Below, piece after piece: positions 9,758 to 19,466 of a stretch of DNA of 64,000 nt (position 1 is its first letter; each line of letters opens with the position of its first letter). Location: NCBI GenBank assembly GCA_050010755.1, contig JBEKKK010000001.1, positions 160,001 through 224,000 of the forward strand. The letters run 5' to 3'. The notes beneath the pieces are model-generated. The model was not told the DNA's origin, made no database searches, and worked only from the letters and a program-made list of their open reading frames with translations. A program made the position numbers and the translations under genes. This DNA is from Candidatus Bathyarchaeia archaeon (GTDB taxonomy: Archaea > Thermoproteota > Bathyarchaeia > Bathyarchaeales > Bathycorpusculaceae).

Positions 9758-10453
9758 TTGCCAAAGAAACGTGTTTTGAGGAAAAGAATGGTTGTGTTTT
9801 CTCCGCATCCTGACGATGGAGCTCTGGGCTGTGGAGGTACCATCGCGAAGAGGGTGAGTGAAGGGTTTGACGTTTATGTGGTCATGTTGACGGATGGCAG
9901 GCATGCGTTTTCCAAGAGGCTAGGGATAAGCTCGGAGCCAAGTCCGGAAGAAGTGAAGCAGATTAGGAGACTAGAATTCACAAAGGCTATGAAGATGCTG
10001 GGCGTGCCCGAGAAAAATCTTCTTTTCTTTGATTTCGAAGATGGAACATTAGAGATGCATAGGGACGAAGCTGAGGAAAAAACAATAGCTATAATTGAAA
10101 AGTATTGGCCTGCTGACATGTATTACCCGTTTAGAAGAGATTGTCATCCGGATCATCAGGCAACGAACTCGATTGTGCGTCACGCACTGCAGCAGCTGAG
10201 GTATGCCGGATCGTATGAATACACTATTACACACACGTACGCGCATCTGGGTCCGTTAATGGAGAGGTTCCTAAGTCTTCTCAAGAGAGACGAGGTTGAA
10301 GAAGACATTTCAGCGTTCCTCAATCTCAAAGAGAGGGTACTTGACGAGTACAAAAGCGTAACGACAATAATCTCAAGTAAGCAAAAAAAACCTCTTCACA
10401 CAAGCGTGAAAAGATTCTTGAAGAAGAAAGAGATATTCCGCGAATCAAAGTAG
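9758..10453 (+). CDS. PIG-L/LmbE family N-deacetylase
   Basis: SPHPDDGALGCGG, TDGR, HPDH. Confidence 0.88.
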   Translation: MPKKRVLRKRMVVFSPHPDDGALGCGGTIAKRVSEGFDVYVVMLTDGRHAFSKRLGISSEPSPEEVKQIRRLEFTKAMKMLGVPEKNLLFFDFEDGTLEMHRDEAEEKTIAIIEKYWPADMYYPFRRDCHPDHQATNSIVRHALQQLRYAGSYEYTITHTYAHLGPLMERFLSLLKRDEVEEDISAFLNLKERVLDEYKSVTTIISSKQKKPLHTSVKRFLKKKEIFRESK

Positions 10454-10586
10454 CGCACAAAAGAACTGGCGTACATTATTTTTGACGTTACGGAAATAGA
10501 AAGAAGCCGGCTTTCGGTTGTTCTTGACACGCGGTTGAGTTTGGGTTGGAGTTGCAAGGAAATAAGGTGGTGGATGTGAAGAAAAA

Positions 10587-11711
10587 ATGATAGAGTTCTT
10601 GTTGTTGCTTTTTGTCTTGCTGTTCGCGCTTTTTGTCGGGATTTATGGGATTTACTTTGTGTGTGTCAGTGTCTGGGCGAAAAGACCTTGGGGAATAACG
10701 ATTGACAACCACTTTCAATCCAAGGTGTCAATTCTCATTCCTGTTCACAATGAAGAAAAAACCATAACGGACAAGCTGGAAAACATCAAGAGCGTCGATT
10801 ATCCCAAAGAAAACATCGAGATAATAGTGACTGACGATGCTTCTGATGATGATACTCTGCAAACAGTGAAAAGTTTCACAGAGCTTAACCCAGTTCTCAA
10901 CATCAGGGTCGTCGAAAATAATGTGCGAATGGGGAAATCGGTTGCTTTGAACGGGGCTCTGCCTTTTTCTTCAAACGATGTGGTCATAGTTTCTGATGCA
11001 GACACCCAGTGGCCTGAGGATATGCTTAGGAAAACGTTGCCTTATCTTGCGGATTCGAAAGTCGGGGCAGTGACTTGCAGAGGGGTGAACAGAAACAGAG
11101 GTGAGACTTGGGTGACAAAGGGTGAAGATACTTACCTTCATTTTACTAATTTGATAAGGCTCGGCGAATCGAAACTCCATTCGACAATAAGGTTTGAAGG
11201 GGGGTTCTGTGCTTTTAAGAAGAACGCTTTTGACAGGTTTGACGCAGAAACTGGCTCGGATGATTCTGGGACGGCGTTAAAGGTGGTTCAGCGGGGATAC
11301 AGAGCAATAATGGTGCCTGACGCGGTTTTCTACACGGCTTTCCCAACTCTTTTTGCCGACAAGTTGAAAACGAAGGCACGCCGCGCGACTCAACTCGTCA
11401 GTCTGTGGACAAAATGCTCGAATCTTCTGTTTCAGAGGCGACTTCTTCTGCCCAAAAAAATCGTCATCCCCGAACTGCTGCTGTTCACTCTTAGTCCATT
11501 GATTCTCGCAGGCTTAATCGTAACAACGGCTTCAGCGATTCTGCTATCCCCGTTCTCACTTTTTACCTTGAGCGTTCTTCTTTTCGTTGGTTGTTTGTTG
11601 ATTCTTGCTCGAAGAACATTCATTGAGGTTCTGGTTGACAATTTCGTTCTGTTCTATTCACTATTGTCAAACGTGCGTGGCAGACGCTATACCGTTTGGG
11701 AAAAATCTTAA
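10587..11711 (+). CDS. Membrane-bound glycosyltransferase family 2
   Basis: N-terminal TM, SILIPVHNE, DDASDD, SDAD, C-terminal TMs. Confidence 0.88.
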   Translation: MIEFLLLLFVLLFALFVGIYGIYFVCVSVWAKRPWGITIDNHFQSKVSILIPVHNEEKTITDKLENIKSVDYPKENIEIIVTDDASDDDTLQTVKSFTELNPVLNIRVVENNVRMGKSVALNGALPFSSNDVVIVSDADTQWPEDMLRKTLPYLADSKVGAVTCRGVNRNRGETWVTKGEDTYLHFTNLIRLGESKLHSTIRFEGGFCAFKKNAFDRFDAETGSDDSGTALKVVQRGYRAIMVPDAVFYTAFPTLFADKLKTKARRATQLVSLWTKCSNLLFQRRLLLPKKIVIPELLLFTLSPLILAGLIVTTASAILLSPFSLFTLSVLLFVGCLLILARRTFIEVLVDNFVLFYSLLSNVRGRRYTVWEKS

Positions 11712-11802
11712 ACTACCTAAAATGAAAATCTGGCGATCTTAAAATGATTAAAGTCGGAATTATCTGTCGGGGCAGTTCCTGAAATTATTGGAGTGATAGA
11801 CA

Positions 11803-12792
11803 ATGGAGAATCGTAGGCTTAGGGTCGGCGTAGTGGGGTTGGGGAAGATGGGTCTCGTTCATTCCAGTATTTTGAGTGTTTTACCCAACGCTGAAGTTAC
11901 AATTTTGTGCGAGAAGAGTGGTATGCTCCGACGATTCTTTAGCAAGATCTTCAGGAGAGTGCCCGTCGTAGATGATGTTTCCATGTTTTCTGACCAGAAT
12001 TTGGACGCGGTTTTCGTAACTACTCCCATCAACTCTCACTTTCCAGTCGCGCACGCGGTTTATTCCGACAAGTTAGCCTCAAACCTTTTCGTTGAGAAGA
12101 CTTTGGCCAGCAGTTTTGGCGATTCTCAGGAGCTCTGTGCCAGGGCTCGGGAGGCGGGTGGCATCAACATGGTGGGCTATCTTAGAAGGTTCTACGTGAC
12201 TTTCAAGAAGGCAAAGAGTCTTTTGGATGAGAGCACGATCGGTGAGTTGTCTACTTTCAAGGCATATGCGTTTTCTTCTGACTTCGTTGGAAACGAGAAA
12301 GATGGCGAATTTGGGGGGGTTCTGAGCGATTTGGGCTGTTACGCGATGGATTTGGCGCTGTGGTTCTTCGGTGATGTCAATGTGAAGCCGGAGAGTGTAG
12401 CTCGGATTTCAGAGGGTGATGTTCAAAATGTTGTGCGGTTTGAGCTGAACCGGGCAGATGGTTTCAGTGGTACATGTGATGTTTCTTGGCGAATGAAGAA
12501 CTATAGAATGCCTGAAGTTGGTTTTTTGGTAGAGGGTTCGAAGGGAAAAGTCCAAGTTGATGATGACAGAGTTGAGTTGAAATTAAATGATGGAAATTCA
12601 CGCAGATGGTTCCGACATGATCTTTCGGACAACGTGCCTTTCTGGCTGTCAGCTCCTGAATACTACAGAGAGGACGAGTATTTTGTACGGTGTGCACTTG
12701 ATGGCTTTCGGACGGAGCCTTCTTTTGAATCGGCATGCAAGGTGGACAAGATGATTGACGACGTGAAGAGCAGATTGAAGCTGAGAGGTTGA
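11803..12792 (+). CDS. Gfo/Idh/MocA family oxidoreductase
   Basis: GVVGLGKMG, FVEKT, GGVLSDLGCY. Confidence 0.88.
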   Translation: MENRRLRVGVVGLGKMGLVHSSILSVLPNAEVTILCEKSGMLRRFFSKIFRRVPVVDDVSMFSDQNLDAVFVTTPINSHFPVAHAVYSDKLASNLFVEKTLASSFGDSQELCARAREAGGINMVGYLRRFYVTFKKAKSLLDESTIGELSTFKAYAFSSDFVGNEKDGEFGGVLSDLGCYAMDLALWFFGDVNVKPESVARISEGDVQNVVRFELNRADGFSGTCDVSWRMKNYRMPEVGFLVEGSKGKVQVDDDRVELKLNDGNSRRWFRHDLSDNVPFWLSAPEYYREDEYFVRCALDGFRTEPSFESACKVDKMIDDVKSRLKLRG

Positions 12793-13712
12793 GTGTTATG
12801 GACAAAAAATTTTTCCTCGTGGGGGATAACCCTTTTCACAGTATAAGTCATCTTTCGCAGGAACGGAGCAGGGCGAGGAGTGATTTCGCTACTCAGCCTG
12901 AGAGCGCTGCACGTCTTGTGTCTTTAGCAGTTGAGAATGGTGCAAATGGATTCATGTTTTCTGTCAGCGACACTACTCTCGGAATTCTGAGAAAGTTGCG
13001 GATAGAAGGGGTAACGTCAGGGTTAGATATTTTTGCAATCGTGCCCTATGCCTACGAATATGTGAGGCTGGCTGCACAGTCTGGCGGTCTGGTCGGGCTG
13101 GGGCAGCGATTCGGCAAGCAGCTCTTGCTTTCCGGCAATCTCGGGGCCGTTGGGGGCGGCTTGAAGGGCGTTCTGCGGATGAATCCTGAGTCGCTTCTGA
13201 GGACGTATCTGAGTTTTGAGCTCTCGAGAATCCGCTCGGCAGCTGGAAAGCACGCGAATGTGGAGTCAGTTTTGCTGCATGAGGTTATAACTGACATGGC
13301 TTTGGCGCTGGATATGGACTGGCTGTTCAAGGCCTACGTGAAGTTTCTGCGCGGTAAGGACATTGTACCCGGTTTCAACACTTGCAATTTTGCTTGTTTG
13401 GCTGATAAGTTCGAAAGATGGGGATTTGAGCTGGGTGAGGTTGTTATTGCCGCGCCTTTCAACAAGGTTGGTTTTCAAATGAACCCGTCAAGGGAAGAGT
13501 GCGAAAAGGCTCTTTCGAAGTTGAAGGTTTCTGTCACGATTGCGATAAGTGTCTTGGCCGCTGGGTATCTGAAAGTTCCTGAAGCAGTGGATTATGTCGC
13601 TGGGTTGCCAAACGTGAAAGGTTTGGCTGTCGGCGTCTCAAAAGAAGCTCACGCTAGAGATACTTTCAGGTTCATTAGAGAAAGGTTTGATAGTGCACGC
13701 GCTCTAGGTTAG
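12789..13712 (+). CDS. Conserved hypothetical protein (probable TIM-barrel) of archaeal glycosylation loci
   Basis: Long ORF coupled to the oxidoreductase; LVGDNPFH N-terminus, PFNKVGFQMNP, LAAGYL. Confidence 0.6.
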   Translation: MSVMDKKFFLVGDNPFHSISHLSQERSRARSDFATQPESAARLVSLAVENGANGFMFSVSDTTLGILRKLRIEGVTSGLDIFAIVPYAYEYVRLAAQSGGLVGLGQRFGKQLLLSGNLGAVGGGLKGVLRMNPESLLRTYLSFELSRIRSAAGKHANVESVLLHEVITDMALALDMDWLFKAYVKFLRGKDIVPGFNTCNFACLADKFERWGFELGEVVIAAPFNKVGFQMNPSREECEKALSKLKVSVTIAISVLAAGYLKVPEAVDYVAGLPNVKGLAVGVSKEAHARDTFRFIRERFDSARALG

Positions 13713-13759
13713 AGCTCTTCGAATGAGATATCGTGATGAGCTCAAAATGAGCTTGGGTT

Positions 13760-14749
13760 TTGCGTGAAGATCCAAGAATGAGAGTTCAGGAAGTGTATTT
13801 GAATCCAATGTTATATGCCTCTTTCCATTTCAGCGAACCCCAGCCTAAGGTCAAACCAAAAATCTCGATTGGTGTTTGCGTGAGAAACTGTGAGGGTTCA
13901 ATAGAGGAAGCCTTCAGAAGCTTGCTGGGTCAACAGTTTCCGCATGCACTTATGGAATTAATATTCGTGGACGATGGCAGTGAGGATAACACTCTTTCGA
14001 TAGTTCGCGACCTAGCTTCAAAAACTAGCATACCAACGCGAGTTTATCATACTACATGGCTAGGAATTGGTCACGCAAGAAACATCGTTATCGACTACGC
14101 ACTAGGCCAGTATATCGTCTGGGTTGATGGCGATATGGTTCTTTCAAACGATTATATCCAGAAGTTGGTGGAGTTGATGGATTCAAATCCTGACTTAGGA
14201 ATTGCGAAAGGCAAACAATCCTTAGAGCCTGTGGGAAATAGGCTTGCGATTCTGGAAACCTATGCTCGTGCCGCTTCCAGGATGGTTGATTACAGATCAA
14301 ACCCTGACCCCTCAAAGGCACTTGGAACCGGGGGAGCAATCTACAGAGCCGACACAATAAAGCAGGTTGGCCACTTCGATGAGACGTTAAGAGGGTATGG
14401 CGAAGACTGGGATTTTGAACTAAGAGCCAGAGCTGCAGGCTGGTCCCTCTGCGCCGTAGATGTCAACTTCACTGATTATGAAAGAAAAGGAGTAACCTGG
14501 GGTTCACTGTGGCGCAGATATTGGCTGCGGGGATATCATACCCGCTACTTTTTGCACAAACATAGGGGACTCATTAAACACACAAGAATGAATCCACCAG
14601 TATCTTTCTTTGCGGGGCTTCTACAATCCCGCCCCTTATTCAGAAAAACAAGGCAAAAAATCGTATTTTTGTTACCTTTTGAATATCTTTTCAAGACAAC
14701 AGCATGGTATGTAGGCTTTCTGAATAGTCATTCGGGTTCCCACGTATAA
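13760..14749 (+). CDS. Glycosyltransferase family 2
   Basis: IGVCVRNCE, FVDDGSED, WVDGD, GEDWD; true start may be downstream. Confidence 0.88.
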   Translation: MREDPRMRVQEVYLNPMLYASFHFSEPQPKVKPKISIGVCVRNCEGSIEEAFRSLLGQQFPHALMELIFVDDGSEDNTLSIVRDLASKTSIPTRVYHTTWLGIGHARNIVIDYALGQYIVWVDGDMVLSNDYIQKLVELMDSNPDLGIAKGKQSLEPVGNRLAILETYARAASRMVDYRSNPDPSKALGTGGAIYRADTIKQVGHFDETLRGYGEDWDFELRARAAGWSLCAVDVNFTDYERKGVTWGSLWRRYWLRGYHTRYFLHKHRGLIKHTRMNPPVSFFAGLLQSRPLFRKTRQKIVFLLPFEYLFKTTAWYVGFLNSHSGSHV

Positions 14750-14795
14750 TAGCGTGCACTTTACAGTTTCATCTGGTTTTTGGAGTTAATGTAAT

Positions 14796-15791
14796 ATGGA
14801 AATGAACGATAGACCACGCAATACAGCTAAAGTAGCGCGCGCGCCAACGAGCACAGACTCAAGGGTTAGTATACTCTCTCCTTCGCGCGCACCTGTAGTT
14901 ACGATCGGAGTTTGCGTGAAGAATTGCGAAGGTCTCGTAGGGGATGCTATTGAAAGCATTGCTGAACAAGACTTCCCGAATGAGCTTTTGGAAATTATCT
15001 TCGTAGACGATGGTAGCACAGACAAAACACTAGACGTAATAGAGAGCCAAATTCGAAAACTGAAAATGGCGGCTAGAGCATTTCACCAAGAGTGGAAAGG
15101 ACTTGGAACCACAAGAAATGTCGTACTCTACAACTCAAAGGGAAAGTATATCGTTTGGGTAGACGGCGACATGAAGCTGTCAAGAGACTTCGTGAGAATA
15201 CAGACCAAGTTTATGGAAAAAAATCCCAAGGTCGGAGTTGCAAAAGGGTGCTATGGAATGTACGCCGCCAATGTTGTGAGTACCTTAGAGAACATGGAAT
15301 TCATAACGACTAACTCTAAACGTATGAGAAGAATTGATCCAAACCCCCTGGGGACTGGAGGATCAATCTATAGAGTCGAAGCCCTCAGAGAAGTTGGAGG
15401 CTTCAATGAAGATATTAAGGGCGCAGGAGAGGATGCTGACGCCGAGTACAGAATTAAAGCGGCTGGCTGGTTGCTGGACAATACGTCCGCAATTTTTTTT
15501 GAAAGGCGCAGAAGCACTTGGCGATCTCTGTGGGATGAATACTTCTGGCATGGAAAGGGCGGTTCAGGAGTTTTGAAAGGGAGCACCTTTACCAGTCAAT
15601 ACAAACTCTTGCCTCCAATTGCGTTTTTCATCGAATCTGTAAGGATTATCGTGGCATACAAGCTGACTCGAAGAAAACTCGCACTTCTGCTTCCTTTGCA
15701 CTATGGTTTCAAGAAGACAGCATGGTTCGCTGGTTTGCTTCAGACTATGCTGTTTTTCCAGAAAAATCTAAAATCGCAAGAAAACAAATAA
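14796..15791 (+). CDS. Glycosyltransferase family 2 (tandem paralog of previous gene)
   Basis: IGVCVKNCE, FVDDGSTD, WVDGD, LGTGGSIYR shared with 13760-14749. Confidence 0.88.
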   Translation: MEMNDRPRNTAKVARAPTSTDSRVSILSPSRAPVVTIGVCVKNCEGLVGDAIESIAEQDFPNELLEIIFVDDGSTDKTLDVIESQIRKLKMAARAFHQEWKGLGTTRNVVLYNSKGKYIVWVDGDMKLSRDFVRIQTKFMEKNPKVGVAKGCYGMYAANVVSTLENMEFITTNSKRMRRIDPNPLGTGGSIYRVEALREVGGFNEDIKGAGEDADAEYRIKAAGWLLDNTSAIFFERRRSTWRSLWDEYFWHGKGGSGVLKGSTFTSQYKLLPPIAFFIESVRIIVAYKLTRRKLALLLPLHYGFKKTAWFAGLLQTMLFFQKNLKSQENK

Positions 15792-15855
15792 CTGTCTAGT
15801 AACAATTCCGCGGTTCTTTTATGGTGAGAATAACGGTTATTATTTAATCTTTGAC

Positions 15856-16929
15856 ATGTTAGCTGGGGTTCTGATGAGAGTAGGTATCATAGGTTGCGGC
15901 GGAATTGCTCCGTTGCATATACGAGTATACAAGAACATCAAAGACGCTGAAATCGTAAGTCTCTGTGATTTGAATTTGGAAAGAGCCAAAAATCTTGCTG
16001 CCAGATTTGGCGTCCAGAAGATTTACAGTGACTATTGGAACATGTTTGATAAAGAAAAATTGGATTTGGTTGACATATGCACACCTGTCTCAACGCACAC
16101 TCGAATTGTCGCCGACGCAGCAGAAAAAGTTCCAGCGATTCTTGTTGAAAAACCCATGGCACTTAATGTTTCTGAGTGTGACAAAATAATACACGCTGTT
16201 AAGAAAAACGGAACAAAGCTTTGCATAGGGCACAACCAAATCTTCTCTCCCGTCATCAAAAAGGCAAAACAGATGGTGGATTCTGGAGACTTCAAGTTGT
16301 ATAGCTTCAGGACTTCCCTTAAAGCCAATTTTGAAGACTTGAAGGCGCGTGATTTGGCGCCTGCTTGGAATGTTTTGCCAGAGCAGAGAGGAATAATATG
16401 GGAGGTGTGTTGTCATCATTCCTATCTTCAATTGCACTTCTTGAGTGACATCGAGGAAGTCTATGCCGTAGGTCACAAAGTAAGATACCCGGTTTACGAT
16501 GACTTCGCAGTCGTCTTGAGGACTAAGAGTGACCGTTTCGGAATTATTGAACTTTCTTGGATCCAACACGAAATGGAGGTTGTCTACGAACTCAGAGATT
16601 CAACAGGAAGAAGACTTCAGATTTTCTATGACTTCTTCCATTATATGCAAGAGAATTCTCAGAAGCCTCCATTCACGACCGGTCTTGCAACGAAGAACAT
16701 GTTATCTGATGAAAAGCGACTCTTACAGAAGTGGGCGAAATTTGGATCATGTTATTTACAAAAAAGAAACCTTTTGCCGACGACTAACTTGATTACTAGC
16801 TATCTTGAGGCTCTCAAAAAAGACCTGCCTGCACCCGTAACGGCGGAAGATGGAAGAAGAACCGTAAACCTTCTGGAGTGCATCGAAAAGTCATTAGATT
16901 CGAAGCAACCAGTGAGGATGGACTATTAA
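15856..16929 (+). CDS. Gfo/Idh/MocA family oxidoreductase
   Basis: GIIGCGGIA, DICTP, VEKPMA; likely start ATG 15874. Confidence 0.88.
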   Translation: MLAGVLMRVGIIGCGGIAPLHIRVYKNIKDAEIVSLCDLNLERAKNLAARFGVQKIYSDYWNMFDKEKLDLVDICTPVSTHTRIVADAAEKVPAILVEKPMALNVSECDKIIHAVKKNGTKLCIGHNQIFSPVIKKAKQMVDSGDFKLYSFRTSLKANFEDLKARDLAPAWNVLPEQRGIIWEVCCHHSYLQLHFLSDIEEVYAVGHKVRYPVYDDFAVVLRTKSDRFGIIELSWIQHEMEVVYELRDSTGRRLQIFYDFFHYMQENSQKPPFTTGLATKNMLSDEKRLLQKWAKFGSCYLQKRNLLPTTNLITSYLEALKKDLPAPVTAEDGRRTVNLLECIEKSLDSKQPVRMDY

Positions 16930-17447
16930 TTCAGCCATTACAGTACTTGGTGAAGAAATTGATTATCAGCAAAACGATGATGCGCTTTTTCGGAATGTAT
17001 GCGCCATCACAAAGCATGCGCATAGCGATGTATAGAAAAGCTGGGATCAAAATTGGGAAGGTGCACACATTCGGCAGCAATATCTACCTTGATATTTTCA
17101 GCCCATATAATACCGTAATCGGCGACAACATTAATTTGGCGGGATACGCTCACATAATTACGCATTCTAATATTCTCTGGGGTATAGAAGACGAGGGCGG
17201 CCCGGTCGTTATAAAGAATGGGGCACGAATTGGAATTAATGTTACAATACTTCCGGGAGTGACAATAGGTGAAAACGCCGTAATAGGCGCTTGTTCATTG
17301 GTAAACAAAGACATACCTGATAATTGTATTGCCGTTGGTGTTCCTGCAAAACCGGTTAAATTGCACCACTTCTATAATAACGAACTATACAGAAAGCTCA
17401 CTCCATCAGACATGGTCAGGAATGTTGAGAAAATAAAAGGAGAATAA
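16878..17447 (+). CDS. Hexapeptide-repeat O/N-acyltransferase
   Basis: IGINVTILPGVTIGENAVIGACSLVNKDIP...GVPAK; true start likely downstream. Confidence 0.88.
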   Translation: MHRKVIRFEATSEDGLLIQPLQYLVKKLIISKTMMRFFGMYAPSQSMRIAMYRKAGIKIGKVHTFGSNIYLDIFSPYNTVIGDNINLAGYAHIITHSNILWGIEDEGGPVVIKNGARIGINVTILPGVTIGENAVIGACSLVNKDIPDNCIAVGVPAKPVKLHHFYNNELYRKLTPSDMVRNVEKIKGE

Positions 17448-17474
17448 GCGCGTTTGCAGAGCGCGCTAAATATT

Positions 17475-18992
17475 TTACTGAGTAAGGGGATGTGGATAAA
17501 CATAAGGTGTATAACCAGACGGTGGCGGTGCAGGAGCTGTCGGAGTCACTGTTCCGCCGCAGCTATCGCAGAAATAGTTTACTCCCGTGGTTATGCCATC
17601 ATTTGAAGTCACACTTAATGCAGTGCCAACATTATTGAAAACATTGTTCCATATCCAACAATCATTGATGTACTCTGGGTCTACTGGATCTCCGTTGTTG
17701 TAGTTTCTGTTTTGCAGATATATGCCGATGGCAACGTTTTTGATTGTGTTATTATAGATTAAACCTGAGCCGCCAGTATCATCTATTCCATACATTCCTG
17801 TTCCAGGAGCAGTACCATAAAGAGTATTATTGTAAACTTCTTCGCCACGAGAAGCGTATGCTACTGCTGAAAGACTCCATTCTCCTCCACCATGTTCATC
17901 CACGAATGGAAATCCCACCGTACCATTATAGCATGTGTTGAAACGGAAAACAAAATAGCCAAACCCTGAACTCGTCGCGCAGTGTCTTATCCAGTTGAAT
18001 GTCGAACTTTCGATGTAAACTGGCCCTGCCGTGAACGAAATATCAGAAGTTGTGTATACAGGCCAAGGCATCGTACCTGTATTAACATTTGCGGGAATAG
18101 TGGTATATTTGAGAGTGATTCCCTGCCAATCATATAGTCCCCACACTTGGCTTATGTTTTGTATCCACGTTGGCGTACCATACTCAGAACTTATGTAATA
18201 TTGGAAGTTGCCGCTGACTTGAACGCCATAGTTCCAAATGCCTCCGTGTATTACTTTGTACAAGGCCGAGAAGTCGCAGTTGCTAATCACGCCCTTAGAA
18301 GCACTTGAACTAATAGACGAGCCTGTGTTGCTATCGATAGCGCAGTGGTCTATCAAGAATCCGTCAACCCACGATAAAACGATGCCATCATTATCGTACA
18401 TTTGTGGATTCTCGCCAAGAGTAGGCTCTTGTATAACATCTCCTAGTATTGTAAAGCCTGAAATGCGAATATGCCTGTTCTCTGACTTGTAATTGTTAAG
18501 GTTACCACTTTCTTCTGGTGAACCTATAACGGAGAACGTGCATATCGGACCGGTCAGATTGTTGTCATTGCAAGCGTAGGATCGGAGGATGCATGAAGGA
18601 ACGTTGTAAAGTGCTAGACCATTTTGTTGAATAACCGTGGTATTCGTGTACGACCCTGTAATGTTAAGCCATGCTCCCGCAGGTAAATTTTCCAAATCGA
18701 TGGAAATTGCTCCGCCGTTTCCGTAGCCATCAACAGGCTGCTGGTCTACTCGCCAGTCACCAGCAGGAACATAGACTGTTCCGCCACCGTGTGAAATGAC
18801 GTTGTTTATGGCGCTTTGAATGGCTGCTGCCGAACCACTTGTAGCGGTAACTTCATAAATTGGCGATATCGAGAGCGTGCTCGGTATTACATCTGAGCTT
18901 GGGGGCAAAGAATATACATATGATAGAATTGCCGCAAACACCACTATTGCCAAGAATACAGCATAAGTTTTTCTGGGCCTCAAATTCCTCAT
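17475..18992 (-). CDS. Secreted right-handed beta-helix (pectate-lyase-like) protein
   Basis: N-terminal signal/TM, AIQSAINN..GGGTVYVPAG, Asn-rich PbH1-like repeats, C-terminal YTPYVYPHPL. Confidence 0.75.
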   Translation of the reverse strand: MRNLRPRKTYAVFLAIVVFAAILSYVYSLPPSSDVIPSTLSISPIYEVTATSGSAAAIQSAINNVISHGGGTVYVPAGDWRVDQQPVDGYGNGGAISIDLENLPAGAWLNITGSYTNTTVIQQNGLALYNVPSCILRSYACNDNNLTGPICTFSVIGSPEESGNLNNYKSENRHIRISGFTILGDVIQEPTLGENPQMYDNDGIVLSWVDGFLIDHCAIDSNTGSSISSSASKGVISNCDFSALYKVIHGGIWNYGVQVSGNFQYYISSEYGTPTWIQNISQVWGLYDWQGITLKYTTIPANVNTGTMPWPVYTTSDISFTAGPVYIESSTFNWIRHCATSSGFGYFVFRFNTCYNGTVGFPFVDEHGGGEWSLSAVAYASRGEEVYNNTLYGTAPGTGMYGIDDTGGSGLIYNNTIKNVAIGIYLQNRNYNNGDPVDPEYINDCWIWNNVFNNVGTALSVTSNDGITTGVNYFCDSCGGTVTPTAPAPPPSGYTPYVYPHPLTQ

Positions 18993-19273
18993 CCACTCTG
19001 CTTCTCTTCAATCAATTAATATGTTTCTGTTCAAGAGTGCTTCACATATACACAAATTCATTACCTCATAATAAATCTTGTGTCTCACGACAACAGTTGC
19101 ACGCGCTTTTTGCATCAGTTTGCACCCGTTTTTGAATTCAATTTGACGAGTATCTTGCTCGCCAATGTTCTTAAAGTCTCTTGATTAGTTCGCTTCACCA
19201 TTTAGTTAGCTCTAATTTGCATGACCGTGAAACATCTGCCTAGCACACGCGACTGTGAACGAGAGCACACGCA

Positions 19274-19434
19274 GGAGTAATAAAAGGTGAAAACGCCGTC
19301 ATACGAGCTACTCACTGGTAAACAAGGATGTGTCTGACGATATATCGCCGTTAAATTGCATCATTTCTATAAGCAAGATCAATGTGGAACACCAGAGTAC
19401 GCATTGTTGGGAATATTGGAGAAATCGAAGGTAA
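19274..19434 (+). pseudogene. Decayed copy of the 3' end of the hexapeptide acyltransferase gene (17256-17447)
   Basis: Shared blocks AGGTGAAAACGCCGT, TGGTAAACAA, GTTAAATTGCA, TTCTATAA in the same order, with indels. Confidence 0.75.
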
Positions 19435-19466
19435 CACGTCCGTAACACGAGATATGAGGCCACGCC

